Positions 46,999 through 56,260 of a stretch of DNA of 56,260 bases are shown piece by piece. The stretch's first letter is position 1, and every line of letters begins with the position of its first letter. The position numbers were made by a program, and so were the translations under genes. A model generated the notes under the pieces. The model was not told where the DNA came from. It worked only from the letters and a program-made list of their open reading frames with translations, and did no database searches. Origin of the DNA: a phage; the sequence record PX583170.1; one strand, given 5' to 3'.

Positions 46999-48146
46999 TG
47001 ACTCAACGTCTTAAGTTTAATTTTCCCTGGGCGCAAGATGGTGAAGTTAAAGACCCGGACTTGGACACCACTGCGCCAAGTTTTATCGCAGACAGGTATG
47101 CCAACTTAGGTTGGGAGGTTGAAAAGCCACCTAACGAGTGGCAAAACTTTTTATCTCAAATTAGCGATTTAAAGATTATATCCCTCCTGTTTAGCGGTAT
47201 TGCTGAGTTTGATTCAAGTGTAACTTATCAGGTTGGCGCAGTATCCTCACTTGATGGGGTTGTTCGTGTGTACACTCCCAAAGGCTGGGAAGATGTATTG
47301 GACCTCAAAAAGGTTGATTACCTTAACGATGTAAGTAACTTGAAGTCTATTTATGATGGGCACATGGCTGCAACCAACCCACATAAAGAGACTGTAGACA
47401 CCATCACAGACAAAACTTACAACAAGTTCGCTATAGATAGTGCCTTTGGAAGTGAAAAAGACCCAAGAACTATTGCGTACCACAAGCTGCAAACTGGCCG
47501 TGTACACCAAGAAACTCCGCAACAGCTTGGGACACTTCCAACATCTGGCGGCAAGTTTTCCGGTCCTGTATCATTGTTGGCTGGGATGAAGTTTGGAACA
47601 AACGTCACAATTCGAATGAGCCCAGGAAATGGGAGAATCGAGATGCGTGCAGGTAATAGGATTTTATCCATTGATGCACTTGGCAATGTTCTGTGGAGCA
47701 TAGTTGGTGGTGAAGAGTACCCGGTGATGACGGAACTGAACTACTCAGAATTTCAGATTCGTTGGGGAAACAGGTTCGCACTGCCACAACCGTATCTCGA
47801 CATGAACCTTAAAACATCTATCAATGATGCCATGTCAACTCGCGGTTGGACTATAAACACATCAGATACTCCAGTGTTTCATCCCAAAGGTGGTATTAAG
47901 GTTGATGATAACACAATAACCTTTGGAGGTTTTGATGTTACATGCCCAACATCAATCATTATGTACGGAAGAGATGCTGCCGGAAATCTTATTACCGCAA
48001 GGTCTATAAAGGCTCCATCTGCCGGATATACCTCAATGGCGACCTTGTTGACAAACATGGGATTCACTTCTGCCGTTTGGGTTGAAAGAATTACTTGTTA
48101 CCCAACTCTTACCGCATATCAACAATCAATGTTAGTGAGGCCATAA
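46998..48146 (+). CDS. Putative tail fiber / baseplate protein
   Basis: TAATG junctions on both sides. Confidence 0.4.
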   Translation: MTQRLKFNFPWAQDGEVKDPDLDTTAPSFIADRYANLGWEVEKPPNEWQNFLSQISDLKIISLLFSGIAEFDSSVTYQVGAVSSLDGVVRVYTPKGWEDVLDLKKVDYLNDVSNLKSIYDGHMAATNPHKETVDTITDKTYNKFAIDSAFGSEKDPRTIAYHKLQTGRVHQETPQQLGTLPTSGGKFSGPVSLLAGMKFGTNVTIRMSPGNGRIEMRAGNRILSIDALGNVLWSIVGGEEYPVMTELNYSEFQIRWGNRFALPQPYLDMNLKTSINDAMSTRGWTINTSDTPVFHPKGGIKVDDNTITFGGFDVTCPTSIIMYGRDAAGNLITARSIKAPSAGYTSMATLLTNMGFTSAVWVERITCYPTLTAYQQSMLVRP

Positions 48147-49540
48147 TGGCAATTCGTCCTAAACTGAACCGAGTCTGGACCTCAAACAACTCTGTCGCAA
48201 GACGTGACCCAGGAGATGAAAAATATCTCAAGGGTTGGGTTGCGGAGATTCCGACCTATCAGGTTCTTAACTACCTGCAATATAAGATTGACACCACAAT
48301 GCTTGCACAAGCAGAACGTGGAATCTTTGAGTGGGGCAGTGATGTAAGTTATGGCGTTGGTAGTTTGGCTTGGGACGAAACAAACAAAACTATTTATGTT
48401 TGTACTGTCGCCAGCCCTAACAAAACACTACGCCCAAGTGCAAACTCTGCACAGTGGAGTCCTAGCTCCATCCAAGTTTCTCGTGCGAATTACGACTCAA
48501 TTGTTGCAGCAATAAATGCACACATTGCAGACGTAACCACAAACCCGCACAAAGTAACTGCTGCACAAATTGGTGCATACAACAAGTCCGAACTGGATAA
48601 TATTGTTGCCAACTACCGTGCAATGGTTCAAGCACACGTAACGGATTACAACAACCCGCACAAACTTACTGCAACTCAGGTTGGTGCTGTTCCTGCAGCT
48701 GGTGGCGCATATACTGGTGAAGTTACTTTCACAGCTGTGTATCTGAATGATTCCAAGACTGCCCAGATTGTTAACGACGGTGGTCTATATATTCGCAATG
48801 GTAGCTACTATCTTGGAATCAATGGAACTACAGGCAATGCAGAAACTGGCACTGCCTCAAGTAAGTCTAATATTGTTACGGAACTAGGCTTCCCAGATGT
48901 GAAGGCAGCGCAAGAGCCAAGATATGCTGTTGAACTTCCGGCATATGAAATGCCGCTTATTAAGTCTGTAAACATTCTTCGTGGCGCTGGGATTTTCAAC
49001 ACGTTTGCAACAGAACCTGCTTACAACGAGGCTCTTGGTGGGGCACTGGCTTTTGTATCTCCGGATGCTGGTTCTTCGGGAATAAACTGGTACAACGATG
49101 CGCAGTTGTCGAATGGTTCCATGTACACGATATGTGCAGACTATACGAAGATTGCTCAAGACGGTGCGGATGGTAGCTGGCAATTTGGCTTTGGCATGGA
49201 AACCTTGAAGGTTCTTGTATGTTTTGACGGTGGCGTCCTTCTGCGATATCGAAACCCGTCAGGGGTCCTTGTAAACACTTCCAAGGTTATCAGTCCTGCT
49301 GTCGCAACTGTTGGGAAATGGTCCAGAATTTGCGTAACAGTGTCAGACAGCACTGCAAGAATATTTGTTGACGGTGTTATTGTAGCCCGACACAGTATTC
49401 CAGGCATAGATTCCAACAACCGTCGGCCAACACTATCGACGTGGACCAAATCTTCTGCCGTTACAAGGGCAGAGTTTGCTGCACGGTCTTTTCGTATTTG
49501 GGACAGTGCGCTGTCAAATGAACAAGTTTCAACTTTATAG
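48146..49540 (+). CDS. Putative tail fiber protein (ORF opens at 48095)
   Basis: ATG 48146 overlaps upstream stop with SD gtgagg; repeated NPHK(V/L)TA(A/T)Q(I/V)GA segments. Confidence 0.45.
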   Translation: MAIRPKLNRVWTSNNSVARRDPGDEKYLKGWVAEIPTYQVLNYLQYKIDTTMLAQAERGIFEWGSDVSYGVGSLAWDETNKTIYVCTVASPNKTLRPSANSAQWSPSSIQVSRANYDSIVAAINAHIADVTTNPHKVTAAQIGAYNKSELDNIVANYRAMVQAHVTDYNNPHKLTATQVGAVPAAGGAYTGEVTFTAVYLNDSKTAQIVNDGGLYIRNGSYYLGINGTTGNAETGTASSKSNIVTELGFPDVKAAQEPRYAVELPAYEMPLIKSVNILRGAGIFNTFATEPAYNEALGGALAFVSPDAGSSGINWYNDAQLSNGSMYTICADYTKIAQDGADGSWQFGFGMETLKVLVCFDGGVLLRYRNPSGVLVNTSKVISPAVATVGKWSRICVTVSDSTARIFVDGVIVARHSIPGIDSNNRRPTLSTWTKSSAVTRAEFAARSFRIWDSALSNEQVSTL

Positions 49541-49548
49541 GATTCAAA

Positions 49549-50574
49549 ATGGCTAAAGGTTACTCTTTAGATGCCCTCGTTCTAGAACGTTGGTCCAGAT
49601 ATGCAACTCCGATTGGCATTCGTACAGACATAAATAAGTTAGATGGTGTTGATAATGCAGGCATCTATATGGTGTCTTCAAACAGTGCCGCAGGAACTAT
49701 TAATGGTCTGCCAGTTAAGATGGCTGGAGTTTTAGAGGTCCTTCCCTGGACAGCTACAGGACAGAGTATTCAAAGGTATACTGTATATAATACCTCAGAG
49801 GAATACTCAAGAACTGAAACTGGTGAACCAGGCCTGTGGACGGATTGGCGTAAGAAAATAGATGTAAGGAACGTTTTCGATGCCATTTACCCAATCGGCA
49901 TTGTTCTCCAGTTTGACAACGCCACCAACCCGAACAACATGTTCACCGGTACTGTGTGGGAACAAATTGTAGATGGTCGTTCTTCCCGTGCTGCAACTGG
50001 CCCAGAGGCAGGCACAACTGCTGGTCAGATTGGTTCAGTAGGTGGGTCTGATACCGCCACAATTGCTGTAGCCAACCTACCAGGCCACACGCACGGAATG
50101 CAAAACCACACCCACGGTATTGCAGCCCACTCGCACACAATGGCCCACACTCACACCATTAACCACGACCACGGTGCGGTAACATCAAGTTCATCTGGCA
50201 ACCATGCGCACAGTGTAAGTGGAAGTACGTCATCTGCTGGGGACCACACGCACTCAATAGGTGGGGCCGTCTCTGTTGCTGCTGGCGGTGGTGCCACCAT
50301 TAACCAAAACCAAAGTGGTGTAAACACTCGCTCTGCTGGTGCTCACACACACTCAATAAGTGGGTCTACCAACTCTACTGGCGCTCATGCACACACTGTG
50401 GACCTTCCAAACTTCACAGGTACAAGTGGTGGCTCTAGTGCGGGTAGCACTGGCGGCACGGCACTGACCACTGGTGGCCCTAGTAACAATGAAACGACCT
50501 CAACTGGCAGCGGGACCGCACTGAATGTGTGTAACTCTGTACACTACTATGCCTTCTGGAAACGGACGGCTTAA
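49549..50574 (+). CDS. Tail fiber / receptor-binding protein with His-x-His repeat tip
   Basis: GHTHGMQNHTHGIAAHSHTMAHTHTINHDHG...GNHAHSVSG...GDHTHSIGG...GAHTHSISG...GAHAHTV. Confidence 0.5.
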   Translation: MAKGYSLDALVLERWSRYATPIGIRTDINKLDGVDNAGIYMVSSNSAAGTINGLPVKMAGVLEVLPWTATGQSIQRYTVYNTSEEYSRTETGEPGLWTDWRKKIDVRNVFDAIYPIGIVLQFDNATNPNNMFTGTVWEQIVDGRSSRAATGPEAGTTAGQIGSVGGSDTATIAVANLPGHTHGMQNHTHGIAAHSHTMAHTHTINHDHGAVTSSSSGNHAHSVSGSTSSAGDHTHSIGGAVSVAAGGGATINQNQSGVNTRSAGAHTHSISGSTNSTGAHAHTVDLPNFTGTSGGSSAGSTGGTALTTGGPSNNETTSTGSGTALNVCNSVHYYAFWKRTA

Positions 50575-50581
50575 GGAAATC

Positions 50582-50923
50582 ATGGAACGCTTATCCATTC
50601 AGATGTTTGTGGACCTAATGCACCAATATGGCGTATGGCATGGATTATTGGCTGGCCTAACGGCTTTAATCCGTGGGGCATATGAAAGCGAAGGCTTAAG
50701 CAAGGCGCTGCTGGATGCGGCGCTGTGCAGCTTAATCGGACTGTTTGCCTTTCATGTCGCTGGTACATTTGAAACCTTCACAACTAATGTCACTATGCAG
50801 TTAGTTCTGGCTATCGTGATTGGTGTCATCGGTGCAAACCTCATTATCACAACTGTCAGGGAAAGTTTCTCTGGCGCAATCAAACAACTTAATCCTTTGA
50901 CGTGGTTCAAGAAGGCACGATGA
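50582..50923 (+). CDS. Putative holin (ORF opens at 50525)
   Basis: ATG with SD taaggaaa; three hydrophobic segments; directly upstream of endolysin. Confidence 0.5.
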   Translation: MERLSIQMFVDLMHQYGVWHGLLAGLTALIRGAYESEGLSKALLDAALCSLIGLFAFHVAGTFETFTTNVTMQLVLAIVIGVIGANLIITTVRESFSGAIKQLNPLTWFKKAR

Positions 50924-50940
50924 AATGATAAGGAACCCGA

Positions 50941-51495
50941 ATGCTATCATTCAAAGTCCTTGCAGTTCTGGCAGCTTTAGTTCACATCAACGCCCCAGCT
51001 TCGGTTGGGGCAGTGAATTCTGCTATTACAGATTTTGCAAGTCATTCTTATTTAAATGGAAGTCTGAAACTATCTTCTTCACAACGCAAAGAGCTAGAAT
51101 GCTACACTAAAGTTATCTGGTATGAAGCTCGCGGAGAAGACAAACATGGAAAGATTCTGGTAGCTAATGTCGTCCGTAATAGAACAGAGTTCGGGAAGCC
51201 ATTCGCTAACACCGTTTGTGATGTTGTCTATCAACGCAATCAATTTGCATGGACACGAGAAGCAAAGAAGAAGAATGCCCAATGGAAGCATGTAGCAAAG
51301 ATTAATTATGCCACAGAACAACAACAAGTTCTGGACACTATTAATGTTGCAATCTCTTTTGTATTATTTAATCAACCCTCTGTCACCAAAGCAACCCACT
51401 TTTGTACAGCATCGGAGAAGTGCAACTTCAAGAATGTTAAAGGTTTGGGACGTTATGGTGGTCATAAATTCTATGAGTATCTAGGAAATCTGTAA
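50941..51495 (+). CDS. Endolysin, SleB-like cell-wall hydrolase with N-terminal signal or SAR segment
   Basis: [24 protein letters not shown]; core [28 protein letters not shown]. Confidence 0.6.
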   Translation: MLSFKVLAVLAALVHINAPASVGAVNSAITDFASHSYLNGSLKLSSSQRKELECYTKVIWYEARGEDKHGKILVANVVRNRTEFGKPFANTVCDVVYQRNQFAWTREAKKKNAQWKHVAKINYATEQQQVLDTINVAISFVLFNQPSVTKATHFCTASEKCNFKNVKGLGRYGGHKFYEYLGNL

Positions 51496-52595
51496 TGGCT
51501 TACACTACCTTTTCACAAACCAAGAATAACCAACTACTGGAGCCAATGTTCTTTGGTCAGAACGTTAACGTTGCTCGATATGACCAACAGAAGTACAGCA
51601 TCTTCGAGAAGTTAATCGAGAAGCAGTTATCTTTCTTTTGGCGACCTGAGGAGGTTGATGTTAGCCAGGACCGAATTGACTATGCTGGTCTGCCTGAATG
51701 CGAGAAGCACATCTTTACCAGCAATTTACGATACCAAATCCTGCTTGATTCCATTCAGGGACGTGGACCAACCACAGTTTTGCTGCCAATTGTGAGCATT
51801 CCTGAGCTGGAAACTTGGATTGAAACTTGGTCATTCTCAGAGACAATTCACTCCCGTTCTTACACACATATTATTCGTAATATTGTTACAGACCCGAGTG
51901 TCATTTTCGACGAAATTGTGGAGAATGAGCACATTAAAATGCGTGCAATCGGCATCTCCCAATATTATGACGAGCTTCAACATCTAACTTCCATGTGGCA
52001 TCTGCATGAAGATAAAGTTTCTCTTCGTGAGCTTAAGAAGAAGCTGTATTTATGCCTCATGTCCATCAATGCACTGGAAGCAATCCGCTTTTACGTCAGT
52101 TTTGCTTGCTCATTTGCCTTCGCTGAACGCAAGTTAATGGAAGGAAATGCCAAGATTATTCGGCTAATTGCTCGTGATGAAGCACTTCATTTGACAGGAA
52201 CTCAACACATGCTGAACCTTCTTGCAAGCGGTGTTGATGACCCAGAAATGGCAGAAATTGCTAAAGAATGTCGTGAAGAATGCCAGAAATTGTTCGAAGA
52301 TGTGGCCCAACAAGAGAAAGATTGGGCCGATTATTTGTTCAAAGATGGCTCAATGATTGGCTTAAACAAGCAAATTCTGTGCGGATATGTGGAATATATC
52401 ACGAATATTCGTATGCAAGCAGTTGGATTGGATGCTCCATTCAAAGGTGCTACTAACCCGATTCCTTGGATTAACGCATGGTTGAATTCGGATGCTGTAC
52501 AAGTTGCTCCACAAGAAACGGAGATTAGTTCGTACCTTGTCGGGCAGATTGACTCCGAAGTGGACACCAATGCCCTGGGCGGATTTGAGCTGTAA
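51495..52595 (+). CDS. nrdB: Class Ia ribonucleotide reductase beta subunit (NrdB); no NrdA in the window
   Basis: Near-collinear with E. coli NrdB as recalled ([11 protein letters not shown]...[11 protein letters not shown]...[16 protein letters not shown]...[17 protein letters not shown]...GQIDSEVDT). Confidence 0.85.
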   Translation: MAYTTFSQTKNNQLLEPMFFGQNVNVARYDQQKYSIFEKLIEKQLSFFWRPEEVDVSQDRIDYAGLPECEKHIFTSNLRYQILLDSIQGRGPTTVLLPIVSIPELETWIETWSFSETIHSRSYTHIIRNIVTDPSVIFDEIVENEHIKMRAIGISQYYDELQHLTSMWHLHEDKVSLRELKKKLYLCLMSINALEAIRFYVSFACSFAFAERKLMEGNAKIIRLIARDEALHLTGTQHMLNLLASGVDDPEMAEIAKECREECQKLFEDVAQQEKDWADYLFKDGSMIGLNKQILCGYVEYITNIRMQAVGLDAPFKGATNPIPWINAWLNSDAVQVAPQETEISSYLVGQIDSEVDTNALGGFEL

Positions 52596-52617
52596 CGATT
52601 ATATGTGAGAAGAGATT

Positions 52618-52642
52618 CGATGCGTTAGCGTCGTTTCTCTTT
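52618..52642 (+). terminator. Rho-independent terminator after nrdB
   Basis: CGATGCG-ttag-CGTCG stem (6 bp, one G-U) then tttctcttt. Confidence 0.55.
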
Positions 52643-52683
52643 GAACTAGAATAAAACAAGTAAATTAAATATTTATTTATTCC

Positions 52684-52701
52684 CAATATTGCTACAATAT
52701 T
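52684..52701. promoter_or_regulatory. Near-palindromic CAATATTG-ct-ACAATATT element related to the leader palindromes
   Basis: Lies in an AT-rich tract with poly-T runs and three ACGAGACT(C)-like repeats at 52907..52970. Confidence 0.35.
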
Positions 52702-53168
52702 AAGAGTAATATTAGGAATGCGTAAAGTTCAAAACCAAATGGTACATGGTCGGTCAACTGTACCTCCTTCGGAGAAGGTACCTGGATAGAAATTCGTTCA
52801 TGGTCGGTCAGCTGTATCTAGCCGAAATTTGTTCGAACAGTTGTCTGACTATGAAATAAATTTTTTTTTATAATTTTTTTTTTATTTTTAAATATTGCTA
52901 CAGAATTAATGAGACTAGAATTCGTAACAAAGCTACGAGACTCGAATTGTTTCAATATTAACGAGACTCAATCTGTGACAATATTATAATTTTTATTTTT
53001 GGGCCAGCGGGGAGGGGAAGCCCAACGTCCTATCGGACTTAAAATACGGTCCCTACCCCAACTTTTTCCTACAGCCTATCGGCTTAATGATAACACCAAG
53101 TTAGGCGCTTCGCTTATGAGTCAAGGTCAAAGGCAATCAGAGCACGCTGTTGTAACGAGCTAGTCTTA

Positions 53169-53190
53169 CCATTAGTTGGTTGTGATTATG
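53169..53190 (+). promoter_or_regulatory. Promoter-motif copy P1 (right repeat copy)
   Basis: Identical to 136..157. Confidence 0.4.
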
Positions 53191-53247
53191 AATAGGCTAC
53201 GCAAGTCTAATCCGTTTCAGTTAAATCATAATCAATTGGAGACTATC

Positions 53248-55362
53248 ATGACTAATGAAGAATATCGTGCACTGGCTGCTGATGGCGCTCGCTTAAAAGA
53301 AGAAGGCCACGGTTGGAAAGACGTGCTTGATACGATGGACCGTTGCAACCAAATGGTTGATGAAATCACTACTGCTACACAATCCGAAACTAAAACCGAA
53401 ACTAACTTGGAGACTCGCAAAATGACAACTATCTCAACTCAAACTATCAAATCCGTTGTCCCTGCTATCACGGCTCTGGTATACCGTGCTAAAGAGAAAC
53501 AGAACTACATGCAGCCTCAGACCTGTGCTATTGCTGCTCTTGCAATCTTCAAGATGATGACCTCATTCACTCGTGATGATGTTGTCCCAGCCATTGCAAT
53601 GGTTGAGCTGGCTTCTGCTTCTATTGCTGATGCCAACCGTTATAACAACGATTTGAAAGCAATGCACTATGTTGACCCAGCTATCAACCTCATTGGTTTG
53701 GCTAAGCACTTTGGCTTCATTACCATGAACGAAGACAAGTCATTCCAACAAACTGATACATGGGTTGAACTGGTTACAACCAAAGACACAGCAGTGCCAT
53801 TCACTGAGCGTGTTACATCTGAATCTCGTCGCAAGCCTTTCGTTAAAGGTGGCAAAGTTAAGCCATCCAAAACTTTGAAAGCTGCAATCGAATTCCTGCA
53901 AGATACTGAGTACCATGTGGAGACTGAGATGGTTCGCATCATCCAGTCCATGCTTGAGCAACGTACCTACGGTGGTTTGCAGATGCCAGAAGCAATCCAG
54001 ACTGAACTTCATGTTTGGAACAATGCTGTAGCAATGATGAATCAGGATAAGCTGTATTCTGACTACTTTGCTGATAACCGTGGTCGCCTGTATCATGTAG
54101 CATGTGCTGGCCCTAACCCACAATCCTCTGACTTTGCTCGTTGCTTGTATTCTCACAATGTTGAGAACATCGTTAAGAAGTTTAACGAAGATGGTTCTAC
54201 TACCATCGCATACAACATGTTCATGGCAGAGCTGGAAGATATTTCTGGTGGTGAATGGTGCAGTGCTAAGCGTTTAACTTATGTTGCTCAGAATCCAGCT
54301 GGTTCACTTGCTCGCATGATGAACATGCCTAAAGCTGAACGTCCTTCCAAGCCATTCACTTATGTTCGTCTGGCTCTGGATTGGTTCAAGTTTGAGACTA
54401 CAGGTGAGTGCGATTCTCGTGTAGGCTTTGGCTTAGATGCTAAATGTTCTGGTACTCAATATCTGGCATTCATTGCTGGTAACATGGAAATGGCTCGTGC
54501 AACAGGTCTGGTTGATTCTGAGACTAAAGCATCTGACCCATACCAGTTATCTCTTCGTGAACTGTTGAAGTTACTCGACCGTTCTTCAATGAAGCCATCT
54601 CCTGAAATCATGGATGAGTTCTTGAATCCGAAAGCTGGTCGTAAGTTTATCAAAACTCCATACATGGCTATCCAATATGGTGGTGGTAAAGCAGCATTGA
54701 CTGGTTCTTCTGACTTCATTAGCTACATGACAGAAGCTCTCCAGATTCCTATGGAGAAAGCTGAGGCATTTGCTGAACTGTGTGTAGAAGCAATCCATAA
54801 CGCATTGGGTGCTAAGATTAACATGTTCATCGAGAAAGCTGCTGATGCTGCATACAATCGTTGTGTTGAACTTGGCAAAGAGTACATCACATATCGCCAC
54901 ACTGATGGTCAGGTTGTAATGAAGCCTTGCTTCCCATCTCGTGAAATCTGTGAGGCATTCAGCATTCGTGTTGATAGTCAAACTCGTGTTATCTTTGGTC
55001 AGATTCAGGAGAACAAGCCTTGGACCATTCGTGAGTCCAATCCAACTAAAGAAGAGTTCAAGCGTACCTTCGTTGTTAACTACATCCAAGGTATTGACGC
55101 ATTGGTTGCTCGTACTGTTGCAGTTAAAGCTAAAGAAGCTGGTCTTCGTGGCTTTACTTCAATTCACGATTGTTTCCGTTGCTGCTTAGCTGATGCTCCA
55201 CGTATGATGGAAGTTATTCGTGCAGCATATGTTGAAATCTTCGTAACCAACAATCAATTCGAGAATCTGTCTAAGCAACTCGGTGGCATTCAGATGTATC
55301 ATGAGAACATCGTAACCGAAGAGCTTCTGATGAGCGAACATGCTTACTACTTCTGTCAATGA
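53248..55362 (+). CDS. T7-like single-subunit RNA polymerase, second copy
   Basis: Protein identical to 215..2329. Confidence 0.85.
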   Translation: MTNEEYRALAADGARLKEEGHGWKDVLDTMDRCNQMVDEITTATQSETKTETNLETRKMTTISTQTIKSVVPAITALVYRAKEKQNYMQPQTCAIAALAIFKMMTSFTRDDVVPAIAMVELASASIADANRYNNDLKAMHYVDPAINLIGLAKHFGFITMNEDKSFQQTDTWVELVTTKDTAVPFTERVTSESRRKPFVKGGKVKPSKTLKAAIEFLQDTEYHVETEMVRIIQSMLEQRTYGGLQMPEAIQTELHVWNNAVAMMNQDKLYSDYFADNRGRLYHVACAGPNPQSSDFARCLYSHNVENIVKKFNEDGSTTIAYNMFMAELEDISGGEWCSAKRLTYVAQNPAGSLARMMNMPKAERPSKPFTYVRLALDWFKFETTGECDSRVGFGLDAKCSGTQYLAFIAGNMEMARATGLVDSETKASDPYQLSLRELLKLLDRSSMKPSPEIMDEFLNPKAGRKFIKTPYMAIQYGGGKAALTGSSDFISYMTEALQIPMEKAEAFAELCVEAIHNALGAKINMFIEKAADAAYNRCVELGKEYITYRHTDGQVVMKPCFPSREICEAFSIRVDSQTRVIFGQIQENKPWTIRESNPTKEEFKRTFVVNYIQGIDALVARTVAVKAKEAGLRGFTSIHDCFRCCLADAPRMMEVIRAAYVEIFVTNNQFENLSKQLGGIQMYHENIVTEELLMSEHAYYFCQ

Positions 55363-55403
55363 TATTAATTGGTCAAGGATGACCACAAACTTGGAGACTT
55401 ATA

Positions 55404-55604
55404 ATGAACATTCAACAAATCAATCAAATCGAAAACTGTTTCAATCCTCATCATACCTGTGACATGAGCAACTTATCTCGTCCTACAGTGGAGGAGACTA
55501 AAGACTTCTTAGAATTGTTAGCAGAATATAAACAAGAATCGCATGTACTATTGCATGCATATTTGCACAATTCTGGATACTTTGATACAGAAATACCGTT
55601 CTGA
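55404..55604 (+). CDS. Hypothetical small protein, second copy
   Basis: Identical to 2371..2571. Confidence 0.5.
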   Translation: MNIQQINQIENCFNPHHTCDMSNLSRPTVEETKDFLELLAEYKQESHVLLHAYLHNSGYFDTEIPF

Positions 55605-55609
55605 TATTT

Positions 55610-55636
55610 GGGAGCTTCGGCTCCCTTTTCTTGTTT
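55610..55636 (+). terminator. Rho-independent terminator, second copy
   Basis: Identical to 2577..2603. Confidence 0.75.
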
Positions 55637-55656
55637 CAACTAAGTCGCATAACTCA

Positions 55657-55678
55657 GCATTAGTTGTATGTGAATCTA
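55657..55678 (+). promoter_or_regulatory. Promoter-motif copy P2 (right repeat copy)
   Basis: Identical to 2624..2645. Confidence 0.5.
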
Positions 55679-55699
55679 ATAAACCATTTGGAGCATATC

Positions 55700-55867
55700 A
55701 TGTTTACAGTGACCTTAGTAACCTATTATGGCAAGCAAGTTTGTGAGAAGTTTGAGACTTTGAAAGAAGCCCGTGAGTTTGCAGCTCGTGAAGAGAATAT
55801 TTATGTAGACTGTGAAATCACAGATGGTGATAAGCAGTATGAAGTTGTAGCTCCTACACTCAACTGA
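55700..55867 (+). CDS. Hypothetical small protein, second copy
   Basis: Identical to 2667..2834. Confidence 0.45.
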   Translation: MFTVTLVTYYGKQVCEKFETLKEAREFAAREENIYVDCEITDGDKQYEVVAPTLN

Positions 55868-55917
55868 TTCCCAATATTCGGACAATATTGTTGCATGTAA
55901 TATTGTCCCGATATTCG

Positions 55918-55939
55918 ACATTAGTTGGATATGAAGTAA
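55918..55939 (+). promoter_or_regulatory. Promoter-motif copy P3 (right repeat copy)
   Basis: Identical to 2885..2906. Confidence 0.45.
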
Positions 55940-56260
55940 AGAATACGGAGAAATACTCCGCATGACATATTGAATCATTCTAGAAACATTCAGCATGTCA
56001 GCTTTGAGTTACAGTGTTGTAATGATGTGGCAATCATTGAACTCCCTGGGTAGGCCACCTACAGTTCCAGCAACCATGACACAGAGTAGGAATATCTATC
56101 CGAAACTTGTACTTCACCTATAGCATGTCTATTAGCTACAGTATTGTTCCTTCTCCTATTATCAAGGCCCACCCACAAGCCGGGAGATAACTTTGACAAG
56201 ACTGGAACTTTTGGACATGCTTCTTTCTTTCTACAAGAATTTGAAAGAAGAGAAGAAGTC

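Larger units (their letters stand above)
53034..56260. repeat. Right copy of the 3,227-bp direct repeat
   Basis: Identical to 1..3227 (offset 53,033); contains second copies of the RNAP gene, two small genes, a terminator and three promoter-motif copies. Confidence 0.9.

Noticed and set aside
52960-52990. Host sigma70 promoter (GTGACA ... TATAAT) just upstream of the right repeat copy
   Set aside because: Spacing between the -35-like and -10-like hexamers is only ~4 bp; no properly spaced -35 was found.
1-56260. CRISPR arrays, integrase, transposase or other mobile elements
   Set aside because: No regularly spaced short repeats with unique spacers, and no ORF with recognisable integrase or transposase motifs.

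Overview
The window reads as a complete tailed-phage genome: a 53,033-bp unique unit plus an exact 3,227-bp direct repeat at both ends (1..3227 = 53034..56260). Every credible gene is on the + strand. The left end (inside the repeat) carries a T7-like single-subunit RNA polymerase; then come many small early genes, a ~2.5-kb ORF-poor region with a tRNA-like gene and degenerate repeats, a replication/nucleotide-metabolism block (ThyX-like, primase-helicase, family A DNA polymerase, 5'-3' exonuclease, HNH-like nuclease, ATP-dependent ligase, dNMP kinase, dUTPase), a packaging/head block, a contractile-tail-like block (sheath, tube, chaperone, tape measure with lytic transglycosylase domain, P2-like baseplate, fibers), a holin/endolysin pair and an NrdB gene. 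From memory, this combination (myovirus-type tail genes, T7-like RNAP, one strand, ~53 kb) resembles phiEcoM-GJ1-like phages (Chaseviridae); this needs a database search to confirm. Main observations: (1) a candidate programmed -1 frameshift at CCCAAAG fusing a 157-aa head-region protein to two tandem Ig-like domains; (2) a scrambled 292-bp tandem duplication that breaks the putative portal reading frame; (3) a ~20-bp motif CATTAGTTGG-ATGTGAA present at 14 sites, likely phage-RNAP promoters; (4) a small protein ending in the bacterial SSB tail DFDDDIPF; (5) a stand-alone NrdB that I recall as highly similar to E. coli NrdB, with no NrdA; (6) a long non-coding leader packed with GCATGTAATATTGT-type repeats and perfect palindromes; (7) three separate peptidoglycan-hydrolase activities. 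No CRISPR array, integrase or transposase was recognised. All functional calls rest on motifs read by eye and on synteny; no searches were run.
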